Positions 50,301-64,000 of a DNA stretch of 64,000 nucleotides are shown in pieces. The DNA is from Octopus vulgaris. Its lineage: Eukaryota. The notes beneath the pieces are model-generated. The model ran no database searches. It had not been told where the DNA came from and was given only the letters and a program-made list of their open reading frames with translations. The stretch lies in contig OX597820.1 in NCBI GenBank assembly GCA_951406725.2, positions 90,210,001-90,274,000 on the forward strand, written 5' to 3'. The position numbers and the translations under genes are program-made. Each line of letters starts with the position of its first letter. Positions within the stretch are counted from its first letter, which is position 1.

Positions 50301-51774
50301 ATTTAATATCCATTGAACTATAAACTACCCTGTATAGTTGCTCTTCAGCTAAAAAGATGACAACGACATAGTTGTTACTCGATTACCCAGGTTCCTACAC
50401 ACAACCCGCAAGATCGCACGCTAAACATTTAAAAGAAGAGAACATGGAATTATATGGTTGTAGATACACTCGCAATGGGGGAAACAATGTTAAATAATCA
50501 AAAGCCTAACCACCTTTCCCTTATTGACTTGAGCTCTCCGAGCTAAATACACTTGAATCAATACTCTACTACTATATCTTAACGTGATATTTCCACCTTG
50601 AAAACCTTACGTAAAACCCACGCTGTTCTTCAGTTTGTTTTCATGGATGTCTGATACCCTGAATCGTCTACACGATTCATTTTGTCTATATATTGTCACC
50701 TGTTTTTGGCAAGCAGTTGTTTATATGATTTAGTAAAATTTACTGCGATTTTCAATGTAACTGTGAGAGTCTATCACTGGATAACCGAAACACTATTTTA
50801 TAACAGAGTTTTCTAATATTTTCTGCTTTTTTACGAGAACAGTGAAATAGAAGAACGTCGGATGGAACGGAAACACATATTTAGCTTCGTTCTTCAACAT
50901 CTTGAGCCCAACTAAAGCGAGTTACTTATAAATAATTCTTCTTAAATGCACTCGGACTCTTTTCTCTCAGCTTCAAAACATTCATCCTTTTTCAAAATCA
51001 CAAGTTAGTATTTTCTACTCAGTTTTGTGTGTGGATGACTGAATCGAAAGAAAAACTGAAAATCTGTCTTAGTACATTTAACCAAATATCTTTGCAAAGT
51101 GAGGTTAAGTCCATTTGCGGTCGAATTGACTTATTCCCCACCTGTATTAGTAAAACAGTGCCAGACATATTATTGAAGTATATTTAATGGTTTGCTACCG
51201 TTGACAAAACACACGACCTCACACGCATTTTATTAATCAATACTGGTTCTTCCATTGTATGTATGTAGGAGGCTTTCAAGATGTCCGTAATTCTCTTCCA
51301 TGGACAACTCTGATTTCTGAGTAAAATTATTTCAGTTCATTTAGTAAATTAATGTCATTGAAAAAGGCATGAACACCACGCATATTTATTCCCTAAACTA
51401 TATCTAAATAAAAAATCAATATATTTTCACTTCCAAATGGTTTATATATACGTTACATATACAGACAATCTAATAATTAAGTGGCGAATTACCACATCTT
51501 TTAAAACGCTTGTCTATTTTGATAATTCCATGTGTAGCAATTACTATCGTTTAATTTCCCTGTAGTTTTATAGCATATAGTCTTCTTTTACACCGTATTT
51601 AACGCAACGTTCACCCGAGAAACCATTTCAATACGACAACATTAATCTATGTAATATTGTTATATGAAGCTATAGACCGTTAATTATATTTTATAATGCT
51701 TTATTATGTATGATCATATTATGTGTATATAATGTATACATACATATATACAGACATATATATGTGTCTATGTA

Positions 51775-51843
<69 letters not shown>

Positions 51844-52959
51844 CATACATACATATATGTATAAACATATACTATATTATATATTTCAATAATCTGTTAA
51901 TAGGTTTTTATTATATTCTTAACTCTAAGAGCTGGTTTCTGTTCTGCAAGTAATGACCAATTTATTGACATTAGAGAAATCTATTCTTATATCGTATGCT
52001 CTTAGTATTACGGTTTTCCCTACCATTCCTGACGTGTTTTATTCATCATAATTTTGTAGTTATTTCACACAATTATCAAGAATAAATGCATTACTAAAAA
52101 AAGGTGAAGAACCTGACTAAATTTCTTAAGCTATACAAATCAGTGTCCTGCTTTTATACTTCCAGATACCAGTTGGATCAGATGCTGGATACTGGATACT
52201 GGATACCAGTTACGAAATATTTATCTTATTCCATTAAAAGAGGCCATGGTAACATTATATGTTGCATACGCGAGAAACTACACTAGTCATCTTTTAAAAG
52301 AAATATAAACTATCACCACACATAACGAAACATCAATTTAGCACTTAACACTTAATACATAAGGTGATATACAATATAATTTATCAAACTTTTAACACAT
52401 TTGAAGTCTGACAGATTTGTTTCTAATATTACATCATCGTGATCTGACGTTTTCATATATTTTCTTACTGGCTTCAGTCATTCAACTCTGTATATGCTTG
52501 GGCAACGTTTTAACTATTTAGTTAAACATATCAAACCAAGTACTTTTTACAGTCCTCAACTTATTTTATTTCCTGTATTAATCGAAAGTAAAAAATATGA
52601 AATATAACGTAGTGTAAAGAAAGCAACACCGGTTTACTTAAATGTAGCGAAATTTAGCGACTCAGACATAGTTACACATGCGCACGCATATGTACTGGAA
52701 GACATACATGCACACATGCATAACATTCATACAGATATGTTTATGTAAATGATGCCGTGGTCCGAAACAAGACTAATACTTAAGAGTAACTATATCAGGT
52801 AACAGTACTGTGTAGGATTTAACCACAGAGCATTTTAAGAATATAATGTAAGCACAAACAACCGGACGCAATGGTCGTGACGAGAGAAAAAACTATAGCC
52901 CGTTGCTGACATAGTTGCTCAGCAAGTGACAACATTGAGTAAAGTTTATCTTTTAGTTA

Positions 52960-53172
52960 TTCCAGACATTAGACTGCAGCCATGCTGAAGATACACATGC
53001 ACCCCCCCACACACACACATACACGCTTATGTACATGCGACGGGCTTCTTCTGCTTCCGCCTACCAAATCTATTCAGAAGGATTTAGTCTGCTCGAAGCT
53101 AGAGTAGAAGACACTTACCCAAGTTAACACGCACTGAGACTGAACGCAGAGCCATGTGGTCGGAATCAAGCT
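52960..53172 (-). mobile_element. SINE family A, decayed and internally deleted
   Basis: cgacgggcttctt...ttccgcctaccaaatc...agtagaagacacttacccaag. Confidence 0.75.
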
Positions 53173-53216
53173 TTATAGTACGAAACCACGGCTGCGTTTA
53201 GTAGAATAGAAAACAT

Positions 53217-53449
53217 AAGGCGGTGAGCTGGCAGAAACGTTAGCAAGGCGGGTGAAACGCTTAGCAGTATTTTTTCTGCCGGTACGTTCTGAGTTAAAAT
53301 TCCGCCGAGGTCGACTTTGCCTTTCATCATTTCGGGGTCGATAAATTAAGTACCAGCTGCGTACTGGGGTGGATGTAATCGACTTAATCCCTTTGTCTGT
53401 CCTTGTTTGTCCTATATGTGTGTAGCCCTTTGTGGGCAGTAAAGAAATA
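53217..53449 (+). mobile_element. SINE family B (Nin/Deu-like core), full length with 14-bp TSD
   Basis: TSD agaatagaaaacat at 53203-53216 and 53450-53463. B-box-like gagttaaaattcc. Core ttcatcatttcggggtcgataaattaagtacc. Confidence 0.92.
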
Positions 53450-54449
53450 AGAATAGAAAACATTTACACTGAAATGGTGGGATAATCTGCAGTTACTCCA
53501 CTTGAACTATAAATTTTATTGTCAAAGTGTGGAAAAACATTCATGAACTGTTATTCATGTCTGATCCCATATCCATATAGATATGTATATAAATATATAT
53601 GTACATGTTTACTCGTGTTGATACAAGTGTAAACATATGTATGTATATAAGACTACTTGCTTGATGTCTGAAATCTTATCAAACGGTTTTGTTTCTGGTT
53701 TAAAAACTGGGGCTGTCTTACTGAGTGAGAAACTCCGAACTTAAGCCCTATAACGGGTATACATATTGTCGTCGTTTAAGGCTGTTTCTAGTGTTCGAGA
53801 ATTTCAGTGTCACTTTGTTGAAGGAAATATCAGAAAGAAGAAGTTTCAATGGCATCATTCTGTTTAGGCTGGTTCTCAACGTGCCAGTGATTAACGCTCA
53901 TGTTTTGATTTCTGGATCATTCTCTGCTGCTCATGCGAAAAAGAGACAGGCAATAATGGATGATGAAACTGCATCCAGCTGTTGCCAACAAGGCTGTAAT
54001 GTCTAGAGGGGCATTCTTGCCTCATAGGGCTAATGTTGTCCACCTACCTTGTCAAATTTTATTACGAGATAATGCTTTTTTGGGCTCCATCCGCTCGCTC
54101 CCACATGGTGGGGTTGTGGCGCTTAAAGTGTGGTTGGTTGCGCCTGGATTCCCTTCTCCGTTATTGATACTATGTGTGCTTCCCATGAGAGTACTAAATT
54201 GCCGTAAGTAACGCCATCAATGTTAATGGCTCATGCAAGCCCACACCAGCAGAGATTAAAAAAAACTATTGCGGATATATCTACATGTCTCTGTCTGTTT
54301 GTTTGTATCTCAGTTTGTGTGTCTATGTGTCTGTCTATCTATCAATCTATGTATATTTCTTTCTTTCTTTCTTTCTATCTGTCTGCCTGTCTGTCTATTT
54401 ATCCCTCTCTATCTCTAACTACCTATCTATCTACCTATCTATCTATCTT

Positions 54450-54482
<33 letters not shown>

Positions 54483-55519
54483 GGAACATACATCGTAAAT
54501 ATATATGTACACATGCACCTGCTCACGCACTTACAAACACAAATATACATAGCACATATACAGTCACAGTGCTACTAGATTTCAGGCACATAGTACTGGT
54601 CAACTCAGACTTACGGAAGGATTTTCTAAAAGGGCGACTCAACCTTAAATTCGAGAAAGCATATCTTCTAGATGATCAATGACTTCTAGATGATTTAATA
54701 ACCACGTCTTCTAAATGATCAGCAAGGAATCATCCAATAGCTAACACACATTAAACCAACTTTCTTTTTCTATTTGACTTCAGTTATGGAGTGTCAACTT
54801 CACACCTGAACATGGATTCTAAAACTTTGCATTGTGAGGTTAGACAGTGAATACTACAACTCCATGCAGTAATCAAGACATAATTAGCTAAGTATGAACT
54901 TGATAATGGGACTGATTTAGAGAAGACGTTTCTTGTCTATTTCTTTAATGAGCCCGTTGTCAATATACATTCCGACATTATTTTTGCGAAATCTGTACCA
55001 AGATTTGTAGCAAATGCAGCTGCAACAAAGACGACGGCAATGAAACATAATTGCGTCACATGATGATACCCCAGTCGGTAGAAACGGAAATAAAATATTT
55101 ATCTAAGAAAAGCTGGAAGACTTGTAGTCAGCAATGTGAGAGAAATAACAGATGCTATAATAGCAAGAAGGATGTTTAAACGAAGGCTGAAATCACATGA
55201 AGGTCCTGAAATGTTAAATAGTTCTGTGTGCGTGCAGCATGAGGTGACGAAATTGATAGTCACTAAATGATAGAAGATTAAGACGTGGTGATAAGGATGC
55301 AGGGGCATCGATGGGTTTCTAGATACTAAGTGCACATAAAGATCTTGCTGGAATCCAAGAATTGGTCTGTTTCTTGGACTATGCGTAAACGCAAGTGCTC
55401 GTAAAGAGCTGTGTCCAGACACTACGCTTTTGGAAGAACAAACTAAATCAGAGCTTACTTATATGCAGGGATGAAGATTTACTGTTGCTACCGAAACCTT
55501 CATTATTGTTTTGCACAAC

Positions 55520-55860
55520 AGGCAGTGAGCTGGCAGAATCCATAGCACGCCGGGTGAAATGTTTAATGGTATTTCGTCTGCTCCTACATTCTGAGTTCAA
55601 ATTCCGCCTAGGTTGACTTTGCCTTTCATCCTTTCGGGGTCGATAAATTAAGTACCAGTTACACACTTGGGTCGATATAATAGACTAAATCCCTTTGTCT
55701 GTCTTTGTTTGTCCACTCTATGTTTAGCCCCTTGTGGGTAGTAAAGAAATAGTTATTTCGTCTGCCGCTACTTTCTGAGTTCAAATTCCGCCGAGGTCGA
55801 CTTTGGCATTCATCCTTTCGGAGTCGATTAAATAAGTACCAGTTACGGACTGGGGTCGAC
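55520..55860 (+). mobile_element. SINE family B with partial tandem second unit
   Basis: Full unit to taaagaaata (55750), then restarts at gttatttcgtctgcc. Confidence 0.88.
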
Positions 55861-57149
55861 TGGTCAAAATCCTATCATCAGAAATAAAAATAACTATTAA
55901 AATATCATCTGCAGTATAGTGCAGTAAACGAAAAGTATGACATTGCCTTAATCTCACAAAAACAACTTTGACACAGGCGTATGGGAAGCAGAACGTAGCT
56001 GCAATACTCTCCCAATCCTCATTTGAGGACTGGGAGAGCATTGAATGTCGTGGAAGACAGAAACAGATGGGGAACTGATCAGTGAATACAGAGTTCGACG
56101 AAATGAAGCTAGAGTAGAATAGAGGTCTGATTTAACATCCCCGTAGTTTGCGCCAAAAGAGTAAACGTATTAAATTGTGGCCAGAGAAATAAGTAAACAA
56201 CTTGTTAACAAAACGAACGATATGAACTACAGTATGAACAATAAGCACAACATGGCTGCGATTAAAAGTGAATCAATAATAGAATCAGCAAAATAACTGT
56301 AAGATATAAGGATATGCTTTTGGAGATAATTCTACTTTACTTTTGTTTACATCAAGTACAAGATGTATTCTTACAAGAGAAATGTCTCCTTGAAGTAAAG
56401 TAAACAACATAGAGGATAACAAAAACAGAAATTCTTTAATTACACAGCAATCCTCATTCATTGTAATAACATTTCAGCGCTTTAGAATGTCAATTTGAGT
56501 GATACACTTAACAACAAGTTCAACAACATCAGAAGCGCAAAAGCATGCATTGAGATTCGATTTGAACAACTAAGACTAGAGTCTCCGAAAGCCTTTTGAT
56601 AGTGTTGCTAGCGTAAAGAGGACAAGAAAACATGTGACCTCACGAACTCATAGAAAGAAAAGCAAGGTCTGTAGCCGAAGCATGTGACTAAAGGACAAAC
56701 CTCTGCGGTCTTTAGAAACCGGCAAGGTGGAAGGTTGAATACCTCTGCATCTCTAAATATCTCTGCTAATTGGTGTTTATATACCCTTATAAACACCAAT
56801 TAGATGTGATTTTGGTTAACGTATGCACCAATATTTTCTAAATTAATCAGGCTAGAGCAATGTGTGTATGCATTTCAAAACTGACGACGAAGCGAGAAGG
56901 GAATGGTGTAAACTATGGCATAATACATATGCACTTATGCTATTCCCACATTCAGAGGTTAGCGCAAATATAGAATCATGTCGAAGAACACTGGCAAGGA
57001 AGTTTACCTGGGTTAACCGTACCGTTTATAGTGGTTAAATAAAGGGTATTCATAACATTTTAATATCCAATAAGAAAAGCGATTAACATAAAATAAATTA
57101 AGAGTCACATGAGAAAGTTTTAGATTGCGTAGCTGCAAAAGTAGAGAAA

Positions 57150-57420
57150 GGCTGATAGAATCAGTCCTTTGCAGAATCAGCAACATACTTAGTAAGAAAT
57201 ATAAGCTGCTATTTCTGAAATATTCCGGTTGCAACTCGCCCGAAGCTCGATGTCTTGCTGCCTCCCAGTTGCTTGAACAGGACAATCAAGAATTTGACCC
57301 AATTTGAGTTCTCCAAATAGTACCGTACCAACATCTTTCTTCGAAAGGGTGAAATTGTTTGAATTCATCGTCTTCATCCCTCGTTCTTTAATTCTTTATC
57401 GCTGCTTACTCCTCCTGACA
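57150..57420 (-). mobile_element. Decayed RTE-like LINE 3' coding fragment
   Basis: TVLFGELKLGQ...GRQ resembles the RTE C-terminal LLYGEL--G-R--GRP motif. Confidence 0.4.
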
Positions 57421-58199
57421 TATATTGAAAAGACAAGGCGCAATCTCTTGATCTTTGTCGCTATTGACGGCTAAAGCCGTCCTGGTTATGACATTATACT
57501 GCATGCACTGGTTGGGTCCTGGATCGAGAGATCCCGTCTTTTGAGGAGTGTGGGACCACCTCTTAGCCACTATTTTCCCCAGTTCTATTCTGACACGGTG
57601 TAGTAGCAATTATCAAAGCCTCAGCTAATAGTTAATTAACATATGGCTTGTCTACCAATGCGTAAGAAGACTTGATCTAGCGTATACTATGGAGAAAACC
57701 TACGGGTATCAACGGAGGAGAAGGCGTCTGCAGCAACGCATTATAGGATGCAGAGAGAATGCTGTGGTATGTAAGCCATCTTGATCATCCTGTGCATCCA
57801 TCTCCATCCCCAACCATACTAACTAATCTTGTCTTGCTACTGGACTGAAGATGATAACAACGAGAGAGTGAGGTTGATGGCACAATACACTTCCTTTTGA
57901 ATAAGTAATCACTCACCCTCAATGAAGATTAGGTGTTCTTCTAAACACTCGTTCAACTGAAATATGTAAATACAGGTAGATATTTCCAGGGAAGGATTTT
58001 TTTCTTGTTTTTTTTTTCGAGTCAGATCATTGTTAAACACGATCAACAACATTAGCAATGATAACGACCCTTGGCTGAATATGATTGCAACTTTATTTTA
58101 TCAAACATGAAGGGATGAAAGAAAGAGATTTTGTCTCAGAAAGTAGAAACACGGAGCAAATACCACGTAGCACAACACTCTAAAGACTCTTACGGCTCA

Positions 58200-59660
58200 A
58201 AATATTAATTTCAAATTTTGGCAGAAATATTAATTTTTGGCAGAAAGCCAGCAATTTCGAGGGTGTGGGTAAGTCGATTACACCTCAGTTGGCGGCGAGC
58301 TAGCAGAAACGTTAGCACGCCGGGCAAAATGCGTAGCTGTATTTCGTCTGCCGTTACGTTCTGAGTTCAAATTCCGACGAGGTCGACTTTGCTTTTCATC
58401 CTTTCGGGGTTGATAAATTAAGTACCAGTTACGCACTGGGGTCGATATAATCGACTTAATCAGTTTGTCTGTCCTTGTTTGTCCCCTCTATGTTTAGCCC
58501 CTTGTGGGTAATAAAGAAACAGATTACACCTCAGTCTTCGCCTGGTACGTAATTTATCGACCCAGAATGGATAAAATGCAAAGCAGAACTCGGTTAAATT
58601 TGAAATTAGAACTAAAAAACGGACTAAATGTTAAAGCATTTTGCATGGAATGTTAACGATTCTGCTAGCTCACCACCTTTCCTCGCTCATAATATCTGAT
58701 TTCAAATTAAGCCACAAGTTCAGGAATTTCGGGATATGGGGGGTGGGAGTCGATTACATAGACCCTAATACTCAACTGGTACGCATCTTTTCGAAATCGA
58801 TAGGATGAAAGTCGACCTAAGCGGAATTGGAACTCAGAACGTTATGACGGATGAAATATCGCTAAGAATTTTGCCCGGCGTGCTAACGATTCTTTTCTAC
58901 TCTAGACTCAAGGCCCGAAATTTTGAGGGAGGGGCCAGTCGATTAGATCGACGCTAGTACGCAACTAGAACTTAATTTACTGACCCCAGGAGGACGAAAG
59001 ACACAGTCGACCTCAGCGGAATTTGAACTCAGAACGTGATGACACACGGAATGCTTATTTCTTTATTGCCTACAAGGGGCTAAACATAGAGGGGACAAAC
59101 AAGGACAGACAAAGGGATTTAGTCGATTACATCAACCCCAGTGCGTCACTGGTACTTTATTTATCGACGCCTAAAGGATTAAAGGCAAATCGACCTCAGC
59201 GTAATTTGAACACATAACGTCACGGCAGACGAAATACCGTTAAGCATTTCGCCCGGTGTACTAACGATTGCGCTGATTCGTCAATTTTGACGTGTCAGTG
59301 GAAGGCAATATGCTGGTCGAAATGCTTAGCGGTATTTCGTCTGCCGCTACGTTCGACTTTGCTTTCATCCTTTCGGGGTCGATTAAATAAGTACCAGTTC
59401 CGCACTGGGGTCGATATAATCGACTTAATCCGTTTGTCTGTCCTTGTTTGTCCTCTCTGTGTTTAGCCCCTAGTGGGTAGTAAAGAAATAGGTATTTCGT
59501 CTGCCGGTACGTTCTGAGTTCATATTCGGCCGAGTTTGACTTTGTCTTTCGTCCTTTCGCACTCGACAAAATAATGTACCAATTTAGTACTGTGAGCGAA
59601 ATAATTGACTTAACCACCCCATTCGAACTTGCAGGCGTTGTGCCGAAATTTGAAACCAAT
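58200..59660. mobile_element. Dense nested cluster of ~7 SINE family B copies in both orientations
   Basis: A plus copy (58290-58521, TSD gattacacctcagt at 58276-58289 and 58522-58535) sits inside a minus copy. Further minus copies at ~58700-58890 and ~58895-59270, plus copies at ~59305-59660. Confidence 0.9.
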
Positions 59661-60142
59661 ATTAAGACAGTGGAGCTCCGATGAGTAAACATAACTGAAA
59701 TAACATAGGAATCCCTAGGTGTTGGGTCCTCTTGCGTATTATATTGATAACAGTGGTGGAGCACATTGATTAGGCAGAGTTAAAGTAAATTGTAGAGTTT
59801 GTACATAGTAATAGTGTAAGCGTGAAGCATTTATACAATTATAGATAGGGGCAGAGTCAACGTCACCTCAGTAATTAATTCATGGTTTTACAGTTCTAAT
59901 CCCGCAGCAGTAATTTTGGATTGTCTCCCTTTTACAACTAGTATTTACAAGATTATGAACTAATATGTATGCTCGACACATTGTTGCAGATTTTTGCTGC
60001 TCCAAGTAGTAAATGTTTTATACTAAACGAGTTCCACATGTGTCTGTATGATTGTGCTTGTGCGTGTCTATGTGTGTGCATTTATGCATAAATATAGATA
60101 TATTACATTTATGTTATTTATATGTATTTATATGTATTTCTG

Positions 60143-60199
<57 letters not shown>

Positions 60200-60209
60200 T
60201 TTATATATA

Positions 60210-60269
<60 letters not shown>

Positions 60270-60610
60270 TATAGATATGAATACATACACCCATAAGTAT
60301 ATGTATATATGCATTTTTCCCCTCTTGCTTTTAGTGCATGTTTCAATTGTCTCGTTAATATTATATATTTGACATGTCAAATATAACCACTTATTTCTTA
60401 TCACTCTATCATTTGCTATTTTCACAATTACTTATATAGTTTTAGTTTGTTATTATGCGTCAGCTTTTCCATAAATATTATCCGCATTTTTTCTGCATTT
60501 TTCTACATTATCACAGTGATTAATCGAAAGAGTTAAGCATTGTTTTGTGCCTGTTTTCTTTATCAGCAGAATTTTAGTCTCGTTCTACACAAATAGATAT
60601 TTTAGTATAC

Positions 60611-60684
<74 letters not shown>

Positions 60685-61156
60685 TTTCTGTCTTTAATAC
60701 TTTAATTCATTTTTGCTTCATCATTTGAGATCAAAATATCCAGTGTACTTATTCTCTTTCTTAACCTTGTTATACTGTTGATATAGCTTTTATTTACATA
60801 TTTATACAGTACAGAATGAATATAGTTCGTCCTACAGTAATTCAGTCTTACTCGAATGGAATATACTATGTAATTTCGTGTGCAGTAAAACATTTCTTTA
60901 TTGAAATGATGAGAAAATATTTTCTTTTCCTATTATGCTAGTTGTGCAACATTCGAATTTCCAATTTACTTTTCAATTAATGTATTTTCCGACTTCGTCG
61001 AATATCCATCCGTCCATTCAAACATCCATCCGAAAGCACACTTATCCATCGAGCCGGCCAGTAATCCTTACCTACCTACCTACCTACCTACCTACCTCCC
61101 TATCTACCTACCTACATACATACCTACATACATACATGCATATATGCATGCATATA

Positions 61157-61321
61157 GGCGTAGGAGTGGCTGTGTGGTAAGTAGCTTGTTTACCAACCAC
61201 ATGGTTCCGGGCTCAGTTCCACTGCGCGTCACCTTGGCCAAGTGTCTTCTTCTATAGCCTCGGGTCGACCAAAGTCTTGTGAGTGGATTTAGTAGACGGA
61301 AACTGAAAGAAGCCCGTCGTA

Positions 61322-61388
<67 letters not shown>

Positions 61389-61605
61389 TAGTGTGTCTGT
61401 GTTTGTACCCCAATATCACTTGACAACCGATGCTGGTGTGTTTACGTCACCGTAACTTAGCGATTCGGCAAAAGAAACCGATAGAATAAGTACTAGGCTT
61501 ACAAAGAATAAGTCCTGGGATCGGTTTGCTCGACTAAAGGCGGTGCGACAGCCTGGTTACAGTCAAATGACTGAAACAAGTAGAAGAGTAAAAGAGTAAA
61601 CGAGT
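61157..61605 (+). mobile_element. SINE family A, full length
   Basis: ggcgtaggagtggctgtgtggtaagtagcttg...internal (TA)n(TG)n...gactgaaacaagtagaagagtaaaagagtaaa. Confidence 0.92.
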
Positions 61606-61658
61606 ATACATACATACAATTCATTCGCCCATAAACCTCGAAATACAATCAAAAACTG

Positions 61659-61892
61659 TTTTATGCACACACATACGACGTGCAATCTGTCTCACGCGCG
61701 CGCGTGCATCTTCCCCCACCCACAAATGCACTTAATCACACAGATATATATACACACAGACATCTGATTTGCCTAACAAAATGAGTTTTATGCATACACG
61801 TGTAATCTGTCACACACACACACACACAAACAAATATACACACAATCACATACACACACATATATACACACACAGACATCAGATTTGCCTAT
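61659..61892. repeat. Diverged ~125-bp tandem duplication
   Basis: ttttatgca...aatctgtc...aatcaca...cacacagacatc(t/a)gatttgccta occurs twice. Confidence 0.75.
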
Positions 61893-62823
61893 AAATCCCG
61901 AAATAACTCCAAATGCCAAAAAAGTAAATGAATAAATAAATAAGAGCGCAACAGTCAAGATATTTAAATCAGTCCGAAGCTTATCTGTTTGAATATTCTG
62001 CAATGGATATATTCACACAATCACAAATATATATGTGTTATGAACATATAAACACCCATGTGATGTACAATCTATTCCTCACCCTGTCTCTCTTTCTGTT
62101 TCTCTCCATCTTCCTCTTTCTCTCACACACACGCACACACAAACAGAAACAAACAAAGAGCCACTCACACACACACAAAAAATAAAATACATATATACAC
62201 AGACATATTCGGAAATTTAATGTGCCTGCGAGTTGTGTTATTCATATTAGTTGGAAAATGGGTTCTGTTTTTTAAGCTGTTTATGTTAAGAGTGTTGGGC
62301 ATTCATTCATTATATAAAATAAATTTCAAATTTTTATTGAGCGATGGTTGTTAACTGTGTTGTGCTTTATTGTTTGGTTGGGATCCTGTAGAATGTGATG
62401 TGTAATATTGAAAAATATGATTTGTGTGAGTTAAGAATGATTGTATGCGATATGTTTTACACACCGAACTTGTGCTACTTACGAGGCAATGACACAGAAG
62501 TGGATTTTCTAGCTATTTATACATTCGTATATTTTGATATCCTTTTAAATATTTTTACCATTTTTTTTAGATTTTTGGTACTTTTGTTCAAATCAAAATC
62601 AATGGATTTCTTTTCCAGTTGGTAGTTATTGCATGCATCTTTTTTATATGTATGTAGAAAGGTATTATATTTTGTTATGTCTCTTCTTACAGTACATTCC
62701 ATTGGTTCGCTACTAAGTAATTTTCTGATCTTGCTGTTGACAATATATGCAACAGACTCATCCTTCTATGATATAAATGAATAAATATAAATATAAATAT
62801 AAATATATATATATGTATACATG

Positions 62824-62881
<58 letters not shown>

Positions 62882-62898
62882 TAGATAGATAGATAGAT

Positions 62899-62956
<58 letters not shown>

Positions 62957-64000
62957 ACATATATATATATATGTGTGTGTGTGTATATAAATAATATGGG
63001 TGGCTTATTCGCAATCTTACAATCTAAAGATAAAATATAGACGTCACGAAAGTGATTAAGGGCAACACACACAGACACACACATGCACAGACACACATAC
63101 ACACACACACGTATATATGTTTATGCGTAAAAGAAAATTAGGCAGTAGTTTTGAAAGGTGAATATATTTAATTAACCACTTGACATCATGAGGATTGTCA
63201 AAAACAGGAAGGGATAAGGAAAGGAAGTAAGGTAGTTCGTGCAAAAATATAATATTAATGAGTTTAATAGTAAACAGACAGTTGCTGGTATAAAAATGAT
63301 ATCAGAATGATAGTAGTGCATTGAATAACAGTAACTTTCGAATAGTTAAAAGGTCAAAAGGCCACTCATAAATGCCTATGAACCATAATTTTAATGCCAA
63401 CACATGAATATAAGTCGTTCATGCATGGTAGCCATAACTAATCTTACACTTAATTATTACATCAACATATATAAACTCTCTAATCTAGATCATGACAATT
63501 GAATAATTTCCCTGTGTTATTTAAACATATTTTAGGCTTACCTCATTAGCAATAGATAATGTATTAGACCATATCCAGACATTCAACCGCGTAGATTACT
63601 ACATCTCTACCTTGTTAACCATAAGTGCATCTCTCCTTAATGATAGATAATATATTAAAACATGTTTACATATTCTGCAATTTGTAGAAATATATGTCAT
63701 TCATTGACATCAGTACCTTGAATACAGATCGTTCCCATATGCTCACTATTCCTAACTTATCCTTAATTACGAAGCCTACACTTAATAACCTTTATAACTC
63801 ACAGCAACACAAATAAATAAATCCCTATCTCAGTTAATCCTAATTTGGTGTCTTATCTCTTCCATTTTTTAATATTTTATTTAAGAATGGTCGATTCCCT
63901 GAACTAAGATCTTTCATGTGAAATAGTATATCTTTAACTTAAGTGGCATTACTAGCCTAATTTTATCTAGACTCGATCATCCATACATTGTATATACTCA

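Noticed and set aside
53725-55440. GC-richer ORFs (53725-54211, 55099-55422) as host exons or LINE pieces
   Set aside because: No diagnostic motif could be read confidently. Probably old LINE debris, left unannotated.
733-63244. Dozens of ORFs rich in YI/IY, CV, HT, poly-I/N/L/Y
   Set aside because: They are translations of (TA)n, (TG)n, (CA)n and (AAT)n microsatellites, not proteins.

Overview
AT-rich, microsatellite-dense eukaryotic non-coding DNA. The SINE families and the (TA)n/(AAT)n/(CATA)n landscape resemble an octopus (coleoid cephalopod) genome; this is an inference, not a database match. I found no intact host gene, and almost all listed ORFs are microsatellite translations or decayed transposon fragments. 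The window holds decayed Tc1/mariner elements (one full-length Tc1-type copy with DD36E spacing), CR1-like, RTE-like and RLE-type (Dong/R4-like) LINE fragments, Penelope-like element (PLE) GIY-YIG fragments, Helitron-like ends and many tRNA-derived SINEs. The most striking signal is a set of short, mostly non-coding modules in or next to (TA)n tracts, usually arranged as inverted or fold-back duplications. They carry type I hammerhead ribozyme folds from at least six sequence-unrelated families, each with a palindromic helix III. One copy (39305-40143) is joined to a GIY-YIG coding fragment, linking the set to PLE pseudo-LTRs. Coordinates of decayed elements are approximate and were read by eye.
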